A stretch of DNA of 64,000 nt, from assembly GCF_016432865.1 (NCBI RefSeq), contig NC_067400.1, positions 558,124,001-558,188,000 on the forward strand, in the 5' to 3' direction. The DNA is from Antechinus flavipes. Taxonomy: Eukaryota. The first letter of the stretch is position 1. Every line of letters begins with the position of its first letter. The notes beneath the pieces were generated by a model, which searched no databases, was not told the origin of the DNA, and saw only the letters and a list, made by a program, of their open reading frames with translations. Positions 24,401-36,031 of the stretch are shown here, piece by piece. Position numbers and translations under genes: made by a program.

Positions 24401-27400
24401 TTACTCACTGCTGTTTCAAATCTTTCACAATTCGGTCCACAGGCTTCAAGGGCCATCGCTTTATTTGGTTCTGAAAGCCACGATGGTAAAGCTCAAAGGC
24501 CTCAGGGTCTTCCTGGAAAATATGGCTTGCGGCACTGCTGGTTACAGAATAAAGCTGCTCATTGAGGAAACGGAAACGAGCTCCTTCAAGCCGTAGCTTC
24601 ATCTTTTCCCGCAGCATCCCACCCCGGTCCAGAGATAATCTTGACTCCTTTGCTTCCAATGCTGGCTCACACTCCTCTGTCAGTTCAGGGGCCCTCTCCT
24701 GTTCAGGAGCTGCAACACTTTGTGGCTTCAGGGGCAGAAACTTATTCTTTTGTCTCCTTTTATTTTTCTGACGGTTTCTCCACTGTTTCCGGCTTAGCCT
24801 TGGTTCTGTGGTATTCCTATCTTCCACTGGTCTGTAAGTGGTCCTCGTGAGGGCTGGGTCCTTCTGAGGAAGCACAGGGACCAGATCACTATTACCTGGG
24901 ACTCCAGAGCCTGTAGGGGTAAAATTTTGGAAGACTTTTGGTTGGTAGAGAGCCAGGGTAAATTGCCTCAAACCCCAATATCTGAAAGGTCAGCGTCACC
25001 ATTCTCTAGCTCAGAGGCAGGTTGTTTCCAAGGATGAGAAGTCAAAGTCCTATCCTCCAAGGGTAAGGCTATTAAAAGAAAAGCATACAGGTACAATAGC
25101 TAAACTGGCAACCACAGACGGCATCAAGAAAAATATCACAGATAGAGAGGCTGAGGAATTCATAGGAAATAATAATGAGAAAAAGGACTAGGTATAATTC
25201 TCCTGGGCCCAGACATATGCACTGATATCCAAGTAGAGATTATTTTAAAAAAGGGAAACTAAAGCTTATAACTCAAGAAAGTAAATATACTTCAAAAGTA
25301 TCACTGAGACTTGCTGGGATGTGACTGATACTTAGAATGCAGCAATAGATGGAGTTCAAGAGTAACAGAATGGATAAGAAACATTAAGAAGACAATCACT
25401 TGTATAGAATTTAAAAAAAAAAAAAAAAAAAAAACAGGGGAAGAAAGTGTGCCATGCAATTTTTGTGGGAAATGATGGAGGAAGCCCCAGGAAAGAGACT
25501 GTTGGTGATGATAGAGACTGAACAGCCAAACGGAAGAAACACAGGACAAATTTGAGAACAGACCACAAGCTCAGCAAAGCAGTATTGGTAGAGATATGAT
25601 GGGGCATACCAGAGAGGGATGATTTGGCAATGATGGGGAATTTTAATTATCTGGATATATAGTGAAACTCTCTTTTTTGCCCAAAGCAAAGCAACTAACA
25701 GAAAGAATATAAGGTGCTTGAGGGCAGGAACTCATGTTTTCCTTTTCTTTACACAAGTAATTCCATTTTAGGATAAGTCTTCATTACAAGTATAAATGGG
25801 CAGTCATACCTAATGCTTACCTTTTGTCTTTTTTGGCTTGTAACAAGTTAAGTAATAAATACTTTTAATGATCTGAATACTAAACTGTAATCAAATAAAA
25901 TGTCTTCTGCAACAGTTTTTTTTTTTTTTTTTTTTGGTCTCAGTGTCACCAAAGCCTACTATAGTACCTGACATATAGTAGGTATTTAAATATTTAGTGA
26001 TTGATTGGCAGATGATGGATCCTGAGCTTGTTGAGCTGCTAATTTTATCCTTGGAATTATACCAACACAACACAAAGGATTTCAATAAAGAGATATAGGG
26101 AGCATTGTCTAAAAAGATGAATATAGATATACCATATACACTCAACTAACAACAACAAAAAAATTATTGGACTTCCAGAATGATAGCCAAGTGAGTGGTT
26201 ATGGTTAAGGCCAGCACATTTGTCACTATCTTAAACCACAATAATTATGCAAATAAAACAGAACTATAACAACAAAAATAGAAGGAAAAAAGAAAACTTT
26301 AGAGAAAATCCAATTCAGAAAATGAAAAATCAAGTGTTTCCAATAAAATGATTAAATACTGTAGGAGAAATGATAACTAACAAACTTAAGAATCACAGTC
26401 GAATAAAAAAAGATGAGGGAAATCAGAAGAGACTGAAAAGATAAATGAGACCAATATGAATACTTTCTCATCTTTTATAAGAAAAAATTGTAAGAAAGAT
26501 CTGGATATTGATGAACACATGAGAAGTGAAAATAGCTAGAGCTAGAAGGATGTAGTCCAATTCCCTCATTTTGCAGATAGGAAATTGAGGCCCAAGGAGG
26601 TTAATAACTTGATTTAGATCACAGAGGTAATAAATGGTAGACCTGGAAACTGAACTCTGATTCCCCTAGCTTTAAGTTCCCTTTTCTATGGAAACATATT
26701 AAGTAACAAATGACTGAAATGAGTAGAAAATACAAAAATATAAAATTTCACTGTTTGTTGATTATACAAAAGCATTTTATTCAATAAATTAAAAAGTAAA
26801 ACAGGGTACCTTTAAAGCATGTCAAGATTATAAATAATTCCATGAACTATATCCCAATTGTTTCAAAAGTTTCAAAGGATATGAACAGTTTTTAGAGGAA
26901 AAAATTGAAGTTATCAATAGCCACATTTTAAAAAAGATATTAGGAGACACCCCATTTTCCAGAGCTAAGACTGTGTCCCGAGCTTGACATAACAATCCTT
27001 TGGATTCACCCTCTGGATGATCTCAGCCATGGCAAAATCCTAGATTTAGTTCGCTGTAATACTTTGAGCAGTACCAGATGTTCTTTGGGCCTAGACAAGT
27101 ACCTGAAGTACCCATGTCATGAAGCGCTGCTCTGAGTCAACCGTATCACATTATTGCCCCTCATTGTTGGGGCTACAGCTTAGTCGGCGGCCATAGGTAT
27201 TAGTACTGAGATCCTGACCTGCTCATTGGGGTAGGGTTCCAGAATATGTGTCCTTGAGGACAAGTCATGTCCCTCACTCTGAAATTAAACTTTTGTTTCA
27301 TTCCAGACAGACTCTCCTCTCTAGCTTGTTTTGTTCAGCTCCAGCCACTCACAAGTTAGAAACCTGTGGATTTACCTCCCATCAAATTGGCAGAACTAAT

Positions 27401-28478
27401 GAAAAGGAAAAACGGAAAATGCTGGAGGAGCTATGGGAAAACAGAAGCATTAATGTATTATTAATACACATCAATGCATTGCTGGTGGGGCTGTGACCTG
27501 GTGCAGGCATTGTATAAAGTGATTTAGAACTACTGCCCACAAGTTATTAACCTGTGCACACCTTTGACTCAGCAATACCGTTATTAAAGCTATACCCTAA
27601 ACAGACCAAAGAGGGAAGAAATTGATAAATTCAAAACTATTCCTAGCAGCTCTTTTCATAGTAGTAAGGAGCTGGAAACAGTGTACTCAGAGGAGTAGGG
27701 GAGTGACTGAATAAATTATGGTATATGAATGGGAAAAAATATCATTGTGCTTTAAAAATGAAGAAAGGAGGATTTCACTGAAACCTAGGAAGACAAATGA
27801 CGAGTGAGATGAGCACAACTAGGAGCAATTTATGCAACAGCAATGATATAGTAAAGACAACTTTGAAAGATTTGGGAACTGGGATCAACACAGTAACCAA
27901 ACACTTCCAAAGGACTCATGATAAAACACGTTGTTCACCTGCTGACAGAAAGAGGATAAACTCAGAATACAGACTGAGATATATTTTTCTGACATAACCA
28001 GTGAGGGAATTGGTTTCATTTAATTATAAGTGTTTGCAATCTGGAATTTCAACAAGGTAGGTATTATAGGAAAGAAAATAGGCAGGCAAGGAGGATCTAC
28101 TAGAAAATCAAACTTTCTTTTCTTTTACAAGGCAATTGGGGTTAAGTCACTTGCCCAGGGTTATGAGGCTAGGAAGTATTAGGTGTCTGAGGCCGGATTT
28201 GAACTCAGGGCCTCTTGACTTCAGGGCCTGGCTGCCCCATAAAATTTTATTAAAAAAAAAAAAAAAGGTAAAAAAGAATGTTGTATATAGGAACAGCAAT
28301 ATTGTTCAAAGAATAATTGTGAACAATTAGGTTATTCTGAATACTATACTCATATCAACTACAACGGACCTATGAAGAAACTCCTCCAAAAAAAAGAACT
28401 GATAGATGTAAAACCGTAATTTGCATACTTCTGTTTATCAGTTATGGTTTTATAAATTATGGTTTTACATCTATCTAC

Positions 28479-28517
<39 letters not shown>

Positions 28518-31500
28518 TCAAAATAGTGGTCTGTATAGGAAGATGGGGAAGGAAAACAGACAGTTTGGAATTTAAAATGCAACCAAAAATTAAATGTAGT
28601 TAATTTTTAAAAATCATATCATTCTTTGATAGATGACAACAAAGAGATCAATGTTAAATGAGACATAAAATAAGATCTGTGCTCATCAAAGTTGTTTGAG
28701 ATTATTATGGAAGATGTTACATATAAAAACTAATTTGAAGAGGAATTCCCAATAGATGGCAAGCTTTTCCAGCTGTTCCTGTTTCTAAAATTTGTTGTAT
28801 CAAGGCTCATAATACTACAGAGTTTCTTTAATATTAAAAACATTCATAAGCACTTAAAAAAAGATAAGAATAACAATCCATATAGGAAGAATCAAATTAT
28901 GTCTACATCAGGGTTAAGGCAACTAGAAATGGATCCTTGCCGAATACAAAATGACTTAAAAAAACAAATTAACATAATCTATACTGTATTTCATTTTAGT
29001 TTATTAATTTTCCCCAATTACATTTTTATCTGGTTCAGGCTACAGAAGAGAGTTTTGCTGTTTAAATTTGAGAATTCTATGGTTTAAACTACCATGTGCA
29101 GCCGAAAAGGTAGCCATTCCATCAGTATGCATGTATATGTATAATAAAATCCAAACTATTTATTGCAAATGAACAAATAAGGTGGTCCCAGAATTTAACA
29201 ACAGGAAGACAGTAAGCTGAATATCAATGGGTAAATCATACATGCAATGATTTCAATGATCTGTCACTGTTCTAGGACTCCATAGCTTATCTTTTATAAC
29301 ACCAATATTTTCCTAGAGATGCTATATGGGTGTTATGATCATAGAACACTGCAATCTCTGAAACATCAAAATTCTGACCACCCCTAAGAGCAAAATGGAG
29401 AGAAGCCTAGTAAACTTATGTAGCCTACACAAATTACTAATGATGACATTCAGTAAGTGTAGAATAAAAGATATTCAAAAAATATAACAGAAAAAGATTG
29501 TTAGTTCACTGTGGTCAGTTAGCCAGAATAAAGAAAAAAGAAACCCAGTCTGAGTACTGCTGTAATGTAGTTTGGAGACATTGGTATCTAAGGCCCTGGG
29601 AGAAAGGCAAAGAGTTAAAAAAAGGAAATCTGAGTCCTGACTGAGGGCTGCTGTCCCCTGTACCCAACTCTGTGTGTCTATATCTATCCCTATTCCCACA
29701 GAACTAGGGGCTGTACTTGCTGATTCAGTCTGACAAGAAGTATTTATTATATACTTATTATTATATATTATATACTATGTATAGGATCTTGTGGTCTTCA
29801 ATAGGGATACAAAAACAAAAGTCAAATGACTGTCTGCTATCAAAGTTAAATCCTATTGGGGAGGAGAACTGACAGGATCAGGATGGGAATAAATTTTGGG
29901 AGTTCCTTGAACTTGGCTAGGAAATCCTGATCTAATCCAACCCATGGTAAAAGGAATTCCCTTTAAATTATACCTGACAACTTACATGAACTGATGCTAA
30001 GTGAAATGAGCAGAACCAGGAGATCATTATACACTTCAACAACGATATTGTATGAGGATGTATTCTGATGGCAGTGGATTTCTTTGACAAAGAGACCTAA
30101 CTCAGTTTCAATTGATAAATGATGGACAGAAGCAGCTACACCTAAAGAAAGAACACTGGGAAACGAATGTGAACTATCTGCATTTTTGTTTTTCTTCCCG
30201 GGTCATTTTTACCTTCTTAATCCAATTCTCCTTGTGCAACAAGAGAACTGTTCGGTTCTGCACACATATATTGTATCTAGGATATACTGCAACATATCTA
30301 ACATATATAGGACTGCTTGCCATCTAGGGGAGGGGGTGGAGGGAGGGGAAAAATCGGAACAGAAATGAGTGCAAGGGATAATGTTGTAAAAAAAATTACC
30401 CTGGCATGGATTCTGTCAATATAAAGTTATTATTAAATAAAATAAAATAATAAAAAAAATTATACCTGACAATAAATCACCTAGCCTCTGGGGGAAAATC
30501 TCCAAAGAAGCAGAACACAACATTTCTTCTGGAAAGCATATTCTATTTTTGTATATCTATAAGCATTAAGAAGTTTTTCCTTGCTAATTTCAAACTTAAA
30601 TCTTTTCTCAACAACTTCCACCCACCACTCTATCTTCTGGGGCCAAACAGGCCAAATCTAACCACTCTGAAGACTATCTGTGTGACCCTTCTGGGTTTTC
30701 TCTTCTTCAGAATAAATTTCCTTCAAACTTACTCTCATCTGGCATGGAGCTTCACTCTCCTGTTGTCTCCTTCTTCTATCTCATCAGTGTGATAGCCAGA
30801 CTTAATAATAGTTGAGATGAAATCTGACTATGACAGAAGGCAGAAAGAAGATAAGAGGACTCCCTTTTTCCTTGAAGTCATACCCCTCTTACTGTCAACG
30901 TTTAGAGAAAAGCTTCCAGTGTACAGATTGCCCCTAAGAGAGGCTGATGAGAATGCATATGTGTGCGTTACAAAGGATAAGGATGAGATGCAATCTGGAC
31001 CATTGGAAGAAGTAGGCATATTGATGAGAACCCAGATCTATTACAGTATCATTATTATGATTTTGGGGAAAAAAAGAACAAATATGATTAAATGGGAAAT
31101 TCTTCTCCCTCCCTTGCTCCCAACCTTTGCTCTCTCCTTTCTTAATTTTTACTCTTTGAACTGGTAGCTTTGAATTTTCTTCCATAAATGGAGCCAGTTT
31201 GGGGGTCTTCTTCCTCTTTTTTCTCTTCTCCTCCTCAAGGTCAGAATCTGAGTTGGAGTCATTGCCCTCTTGGTTAGGAAGAGGATAAGGCAGTGCTGCA
31301 GCCTGGAGTGCTTGTAATGTAGTTTGGAGCTGTTTACGGCTGAAGCCCTGGGGGAAAGAAAAGAGTTAAGGGAGAGAAGGAAATCTGAATCCTTAATGAA
31401 GGTCTCTGCCCCCTGCACCCTGTTCAGTGTGCCTACCTCTATCCCTACTCCCACTGAGAAAAGCAGAAGTTCCCTCAATTAGGAACTAACTAATTGATCC

Positions 31501-34500
31501 AGTTTAACAAGAAGTATTTATGAGACACCTTCTATGTACAGGGCCCTGTGGTGATCAACAGAGATAAAACACAAAAATGAAATGACTGCTTTTCATCAAG
31601 AGGTTATATCCTAGAGGAGATGGAGTTACACCTTACAAGTTAAGTAAGTATATACAAAGCAAACACAAAGTTATCTTTTAACAGAAAGCACTAACAACTG
31701 AAAGCAGGGGAGTTTGGATCAAAAAATACTTTAGGTTTGAGCTGAATCTCTAAAAAGATGAAGGTGAGAAGGAAAAACATCCCAGGTGCTGGGACAGGCA
31801 GCCTGTACAAAATCTTACAATGGGAAATGGAATGCTAGGCATAAGTAACAGGAAGTAGGTTAGTTCAGGCAGAATGTACCATGTATGAGGGCAAATAATA
31901 TGAAAAAGATACTCTTGGAATCAATGAAACATTTAAAAAATTGAATAAACTGAATATATAACATGTTTAAAAAAACTATATTGTTTTCAATTTCATATTT
32001 TTCCTCATTGTCTTTTTACATGGTTACTTGTTAAGTTCTTAATTAAAAAAGAAAAAAGAAAGGCTGGAGTCCATCCATCAAAGTATGGTTCTGAAACATG
32101 AAGGCTTGATTTCTTCTCTGATTCAGGCAGAGAGAGCTAGAAGGCTCACTGGAGATCTTATAATCATAGGATCATGTATTTAGTGCTGAAAGAGACCTGA
32201 GGTCGTTTGATTTAGTCCTCTGATTTTAAAGATGGGGAAAGAGAGACCCGAACAGGCTCAGTGACTTTGTAATAAGGGATAGAGATAGGATTTGAAACAA
32301 AATCCTATGACTTCAAGGCCAATCAATACCCTTAATCCAACTTCCTTATTTTAGAGAACAGGATACAGAGATCCGCTGAGAGGATACTAGCAGACAGGTG
32401 TTACACAAGCAGGGGATTCCAAAACTGAGATTCAATGCAGGGGCTTTAGCCTAAAACCACTCATTCTCATCCACCAGGTTGCTTTCCCTTTTAAGTTAAG
32501 TTTAAGTTAAGAAAATGAGGGCAAAAATGCTTACAACAGGCTGTGAAAGAAGAGCACTTCAGACGTTTAATTATGATCATTATATTCTATGTTTCGTACA
32601 TATCCCAGGTTTTTGTGCTCACAACCTTAGCCTGAAATGCCTGTTGCCACAGCCATCCCCCTATCAACTAGTTACTGGTTGGGATCCTGGTCATCTTTCC
32701 AAGGCAAATTCAAGTTTGCATCTTCTTCGGAAAGTCTTTCCTCATCTTTCCAAAATTGTCACTCCTCACTCCAAATCTTCTAGCACTAATCTGTGACCTT
32801 CCCTGAGTCTTAATGCAATCTTGCGAATCTTGGAATTGCCTTTTCTCAGTCTCCCTTAATCTCAAATCACCCCTAGCCATGTCCACTACTCTTTCTGAAG
32901 AGCATTCATTAATCTTCTCTGATTTGTCTGGTCACTTATTCACCAGAGACCCTCCAAGATCCATGTTGTGCTTCCTAATCATGAGTCCCCTCCTCCAAAT
33001 CTCTGACATTTTCTCCTCAGGTGATATAACAAGACCCATGGCCAGAACTGTCATCTTTTGGTCTTTCAGCAAAATGTCAATTTTGGGCAGAAGTTATCAT
33101 CTTTCAACCCCACCTAGCTACATAGAAAGTGATCCTTTCTAGCTACGACCTTGGGGCACCTCCAGCAACATTTAATTCCTAAGTTAGAAATGGACATTTG
33201 TGCAACAAGTATCTCTGATAAAGGCCTCATTTCTCAAATATATAGAGAATTGAGTTAAATTTATAAAGATGCAACTCATTCCCCAACTGATAGTAAAAAG
33301 GATATGAACAGTCAAGTTTCAGATAAAGAAATCAAAGCTATCTCTAGTTATATGGAAAAATGCTGTAAATCAAAGCTTCTCAAACTATAGGTCTCAAAAT
33401 TATGGTTTATTATCAATAAATGTTTGATATGTATACCTATTTTATATATTTTTATATGTCCCAGATAAGTAATATAAATTTCTTGGGTGAAAAGGATCAT
33501 AAGTAGAAAAAAAAAAAAAAAAAGGAAAATGTTGGATGTTGCAGGGGATATGGGAAAATGGGACACTAATACAATCATTCTGAAAGAGCAATTTGGTACT
33601 ATGTCTAAAGGGACAGAAAATTATACACACCCTTGTTCCATCAATACCCCTACTAAGTCTATATTTCAGACATCTAAAAAAAAAAGGGGGGGGGAAGGAA
33701 CTATTTGAGCAAAAATATTTACTGCAGCTCTTTTGTGGTGGCTAAGAACTGAAAAAAAGGCTTAGTAAGCTGGGGAGTATGATTGTAATGGACTTTATTG
33801 TACTACAAGAAATGATAAGCAGGATAATTTCAGAAAAAGAACCTGGGAACACATGAACTGATGCATATTGAAATGAACAGAACCAGAATATCTTACACAG
33901 TAACAGTAACTGTGAATGTAGTAATTCTCTACAATACAATGATCCAAAAGAATCCCAAAGGATGAAGCATACTATTTTCATTTTCTTTCACTTAAAAAAA
34001 AAATCTTCTTGTACAAAATGCCTAATATGGAAATGTTTTACATAATTGCCCATGTGTAACCTACACCTATATCTGATTGATTATGGTCTCAGGTAAAGAG
34101 CACGGGAGGAAGGGTAAAAATTTGGAACTCAGAACTTTAAATAAAAATGTTAAAATAAAAAAAAAAAAAAGGGGGGGGGGGGGGAGAGATGGACAACAGA
34201 GACCAAACCCGGGCGTGAAAAGGAGGTATCCCTCGTCCCTCCACCCCTAGGTCCGGCCCCACTACCTAAGACAGGACCCGGTGGGGGGAAGCCGCAGGAA
34301 ATCGCCGCTCCCTCCCTAGAGGGGTCCCTAGAACTCAGGGCGAGGGGCACACGGACACTGGGACCCCGTGGATCCTGGCGCCCACCGCAAGGGCGGGAGC
34401 CATTGGGCCACACGGCCACGGAGCTCCTTAAGAAGAGGGCAGACTGACAGCCCCCGGCGGGGTTCCCACGGGCACCGGCGGAGCGGTAATATTAGGACAC

Positions 34501-34822
34501 ACGAGGTTCAAGAGGACCGAATGTGGGGGGGTCACACAAACACAGGGGGCGAGCCCCACACGCCGCTGATTCCAAGAATCGGGGGGGAGGGGGAGTGTCA
34601 TGCACACGCAGAGGGAGGGACACGCGGACACGAGGGGCTTAGGACTCACCAACACCCGGCTCACGAGAACCCTAGGGCACAAAAGAGAGGGGAAAGTACA
34701 CGCCCACGCGGCGGCAAACTTACCTTGGCGCGCGGCGCCGGCTTAACCCTAGCGCGCGGGATCGGGGGAGTGCGGGCGGCCGGGGCCGGGGGCTCCTCCG
34801 CCCACTCAGGCTCCTCGAACAT
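17816..34822 (-). CDS. RRP8: Ribosomal RNA-processing protein 8 / nucleomethylin (SAM-dependent m1A rRNA methyltransferase), 7 exons: complement(join(17816..17929,18240..18336,23572..23678,24160..24289,24409..24910,31125..31347,34724..34822)), ~423 aa
   Basis: MFEEPEW start; [12 protein letters not shown]; [10 protein letters not shown]; FCLSLMGTN; [12 protein letters not shown]; PCLYKRR*. All GT/AG boundaries are phase-compatible. The exon-2 donor (AAAG|gttggg at 31125) is weak and is the least certain boundary. Confidence 0.92.
18446..18479. repeat. (TG)n microsatellite
   Basis: Perfect TG run. Confidence 0.95.
20112..20256 (+). mobile_element. Very short L1 3'-end insertion nested in an older L1 3' UTR, 15-bp TSD
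   Basis: AAAAAATGAATGTTA at 20097-20111 and 20257-20271; G-rich L1 tail, AATAAA and A-run inside. Confidence 0.65.
21901..23313 (+). mobile_element. Young 5'-truncated LINE-1 (ORF2 C-terminus, 3' UTR, poly-A) with 15-bp TSD
   Basis: TSD AAGAAAGGCAGAGGA at 21886-21900 and 23314-23328; ORF2 peptides ([31 protein letters not shown]); TT|AAGA endonuclease-type target. Confidence 0.93.
26820..28110 (+). mobile_element. Old L1 3' remnant, split by an unrelated insert at ~26940-27480
   Basis: TCAAAGGATATGAACAG..., CTTTGACTCAGCAATACC, AATTATGGTATATGAATG and AGTGAGATGAGCACAACTAGG L1 3' motifs. Confidence 0.55.
28110..28237 (-). mobile_element. WSINE1-like tRNA/CORE SINE
   Basis: GGGGTTAAGTCACTTGCCCAGGG...TCTGAGGCCGGATTTGAACTCAGG...GCTGCCCC. 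Confidence 0.75.
28481..28513. repeat. (AC)n microsatellite
   Basis: Perfect AC run. Confidence 0.95.
29515..29699 (-). pseudogene. Degenerate intragenic duplicate of the RRP8 intron1/exon2 junction (pseudo-exon)
   Basis: Colinear similarity to 31305-31454, including the exact 17-mer TGTAATGTAGTTTGGAG; acceptor cag|GGC kept at 29595; in-frame TGA at 29515-29517. Confidence 0.75.
29981..30456 (+). mobile_element. Young L1 3'-end insertion, same subfamily as 21901-23313, 16-bp TSD
   Basis: TSD AAATTATACCTGACAA at 29965-29980 and 30457-30472; near-identical to 22782-23250. Confidence 0.92.
33200..34155 (+). mobile_element. Older L1 3' fragment
   Basis: TCTGATAAAGGCCTCATTTCTCAAATATATAGAGAA, AAGGATATGAACAG and 3'-UTR tail motifs. 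Confidence 0.7.
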
Positions 34823-34862
34823 GGGGGATCCGGGACCACGTGCGACACGGCTATAAACCAGG

Positions 34863-35000
34863 ACCAACGAGAGGAGGCTATGGGCGCCCAGAGCGACCGC
34901 TCCGCTCGCCGGGCACCAACGAGAGGAGGCTGTGGGCGCCCAGAGCGGTTGCTCCGCCCGATAGAGACCAGCGAGAGGAGGCTGTGGACGCCCAGAGCGG
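34863..35000. repeat. 52-bp tandem repeat, ~2.6 copies
   Basis: ACCA(A/G)CGAGAGGAGGCT(A/G)TGG(G/A)CGCCCAGAGCG starts at 34863, 34915 and 34967. Confidence 0.9.
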
Positions 35001-35597
35001 CGGCGTGGCGAGGGGCGGGGCCAGGCCGGGATCCGAGGCGGGTGTGGCAGGGCTGGCGGAGGAGGCAGCGGCCGGAGTAGGAGGCAGCTACGGTTGGACC
35101 TGGCCCCTGGAGCCCCGGTAAGGAATCGTGCGAACTTGAGGCGGGGGCGGGGCCACGAACCCATTTTATGGTTTAGGAAACCGAGCCCGGAAAGTGGCAC
35201 TGAATTGCCCGCGCTCGGCGGGCCTGGATAACGGGCGGGCGGAGTCCCCAGCCTAGTCCCAGAACGCTGTGCAATTCGGGCCGGTCGCTACTTTCTGTGG
35301 GCTACAGACCCCTCAACTGTCAGGTGGGGCTCGGGGCAGTCTGTGGCGGTGCCTCCCTTCACCCTTTTCTGGAACGAGGGAGTCTCTGGAGAGGGGAAGG
35401 GACAACGCCCAGGAGCGACTCCTGCCCTTTCACTGCGGGAGGGCCTCCTCCCGACTCTTCTGTGGCAGACTAGTGGCTCTCCCCCCGCGGGCCCGAACAT
35501 TCCCACGCGCACAGCCGCTTCCGAGGTCACGGTGGGTGCGTTGCTGCTGCAGGGAGAAGTCAGCGCCCGGGGCCCACTCAGCCTCGGCGGGGCTCTG

Positions 35598-35652
35598 CCG
35601 GGGAAGTCCGAGGCTGCTCCTCCGGGGAAGTCCGAGGCTGCTCCTCCGGGAA
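35598..35652. repeat. 24-bp tandem repeat, ~2.3 copies
   Basis: CCGGGGAAGTCCGAGGCTGCTCCT twice plus a partial third copy. Confidence 0.9.
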
Positions 35653-36031
35653 GGATAAGCTTGTTTGGAGACGAGTGCATTGACTAAGCGGGGTGCGGGG
35701 TGGGAGGGACGTGGAAAAGCCTTCTCCCTGTAGCTCACGCCTGTAAGCCGGGCTGTTCTCTGGGAGCGTGTCGGCTGTTGTCTGTCTCAGAGGAGCGAGG
35801 AGCGCCTGGAGAGGTCCACCGGTATGACTATCCCCAGCCGGGTCATCCTCCTCTGCTACTTTCCCCGTCCTGCTGCTGGCGCAGCATCTTGGACAAGCCA
35901 GGCAGCGAAGATGGCTCTGACCCACTGGGACCGAAAACAGGGGGGAAAGGCTTTTCTTTTGGGGGGGTGATAACCGGAGTGCCTCTCCCCCCTCTCCTCC
36001 TGACTCCCTAGGGCCCGAAGCAGCTGCTGTC

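Noticed and set aside
30817-31110. 116-aa plus-strand ORF
   Set aside because: Looks like a decayed non-LTR retrotransposon endonuclease fragment, but too degenerate to call; not a gene.
32813-33142. 109-aa ORF as the missing RRP8 exon 2
   Set aside because: Wrong strand and no RRP8 similarity; the real exon 2 was found at 31125-31347. Probably an old LINE remnant.
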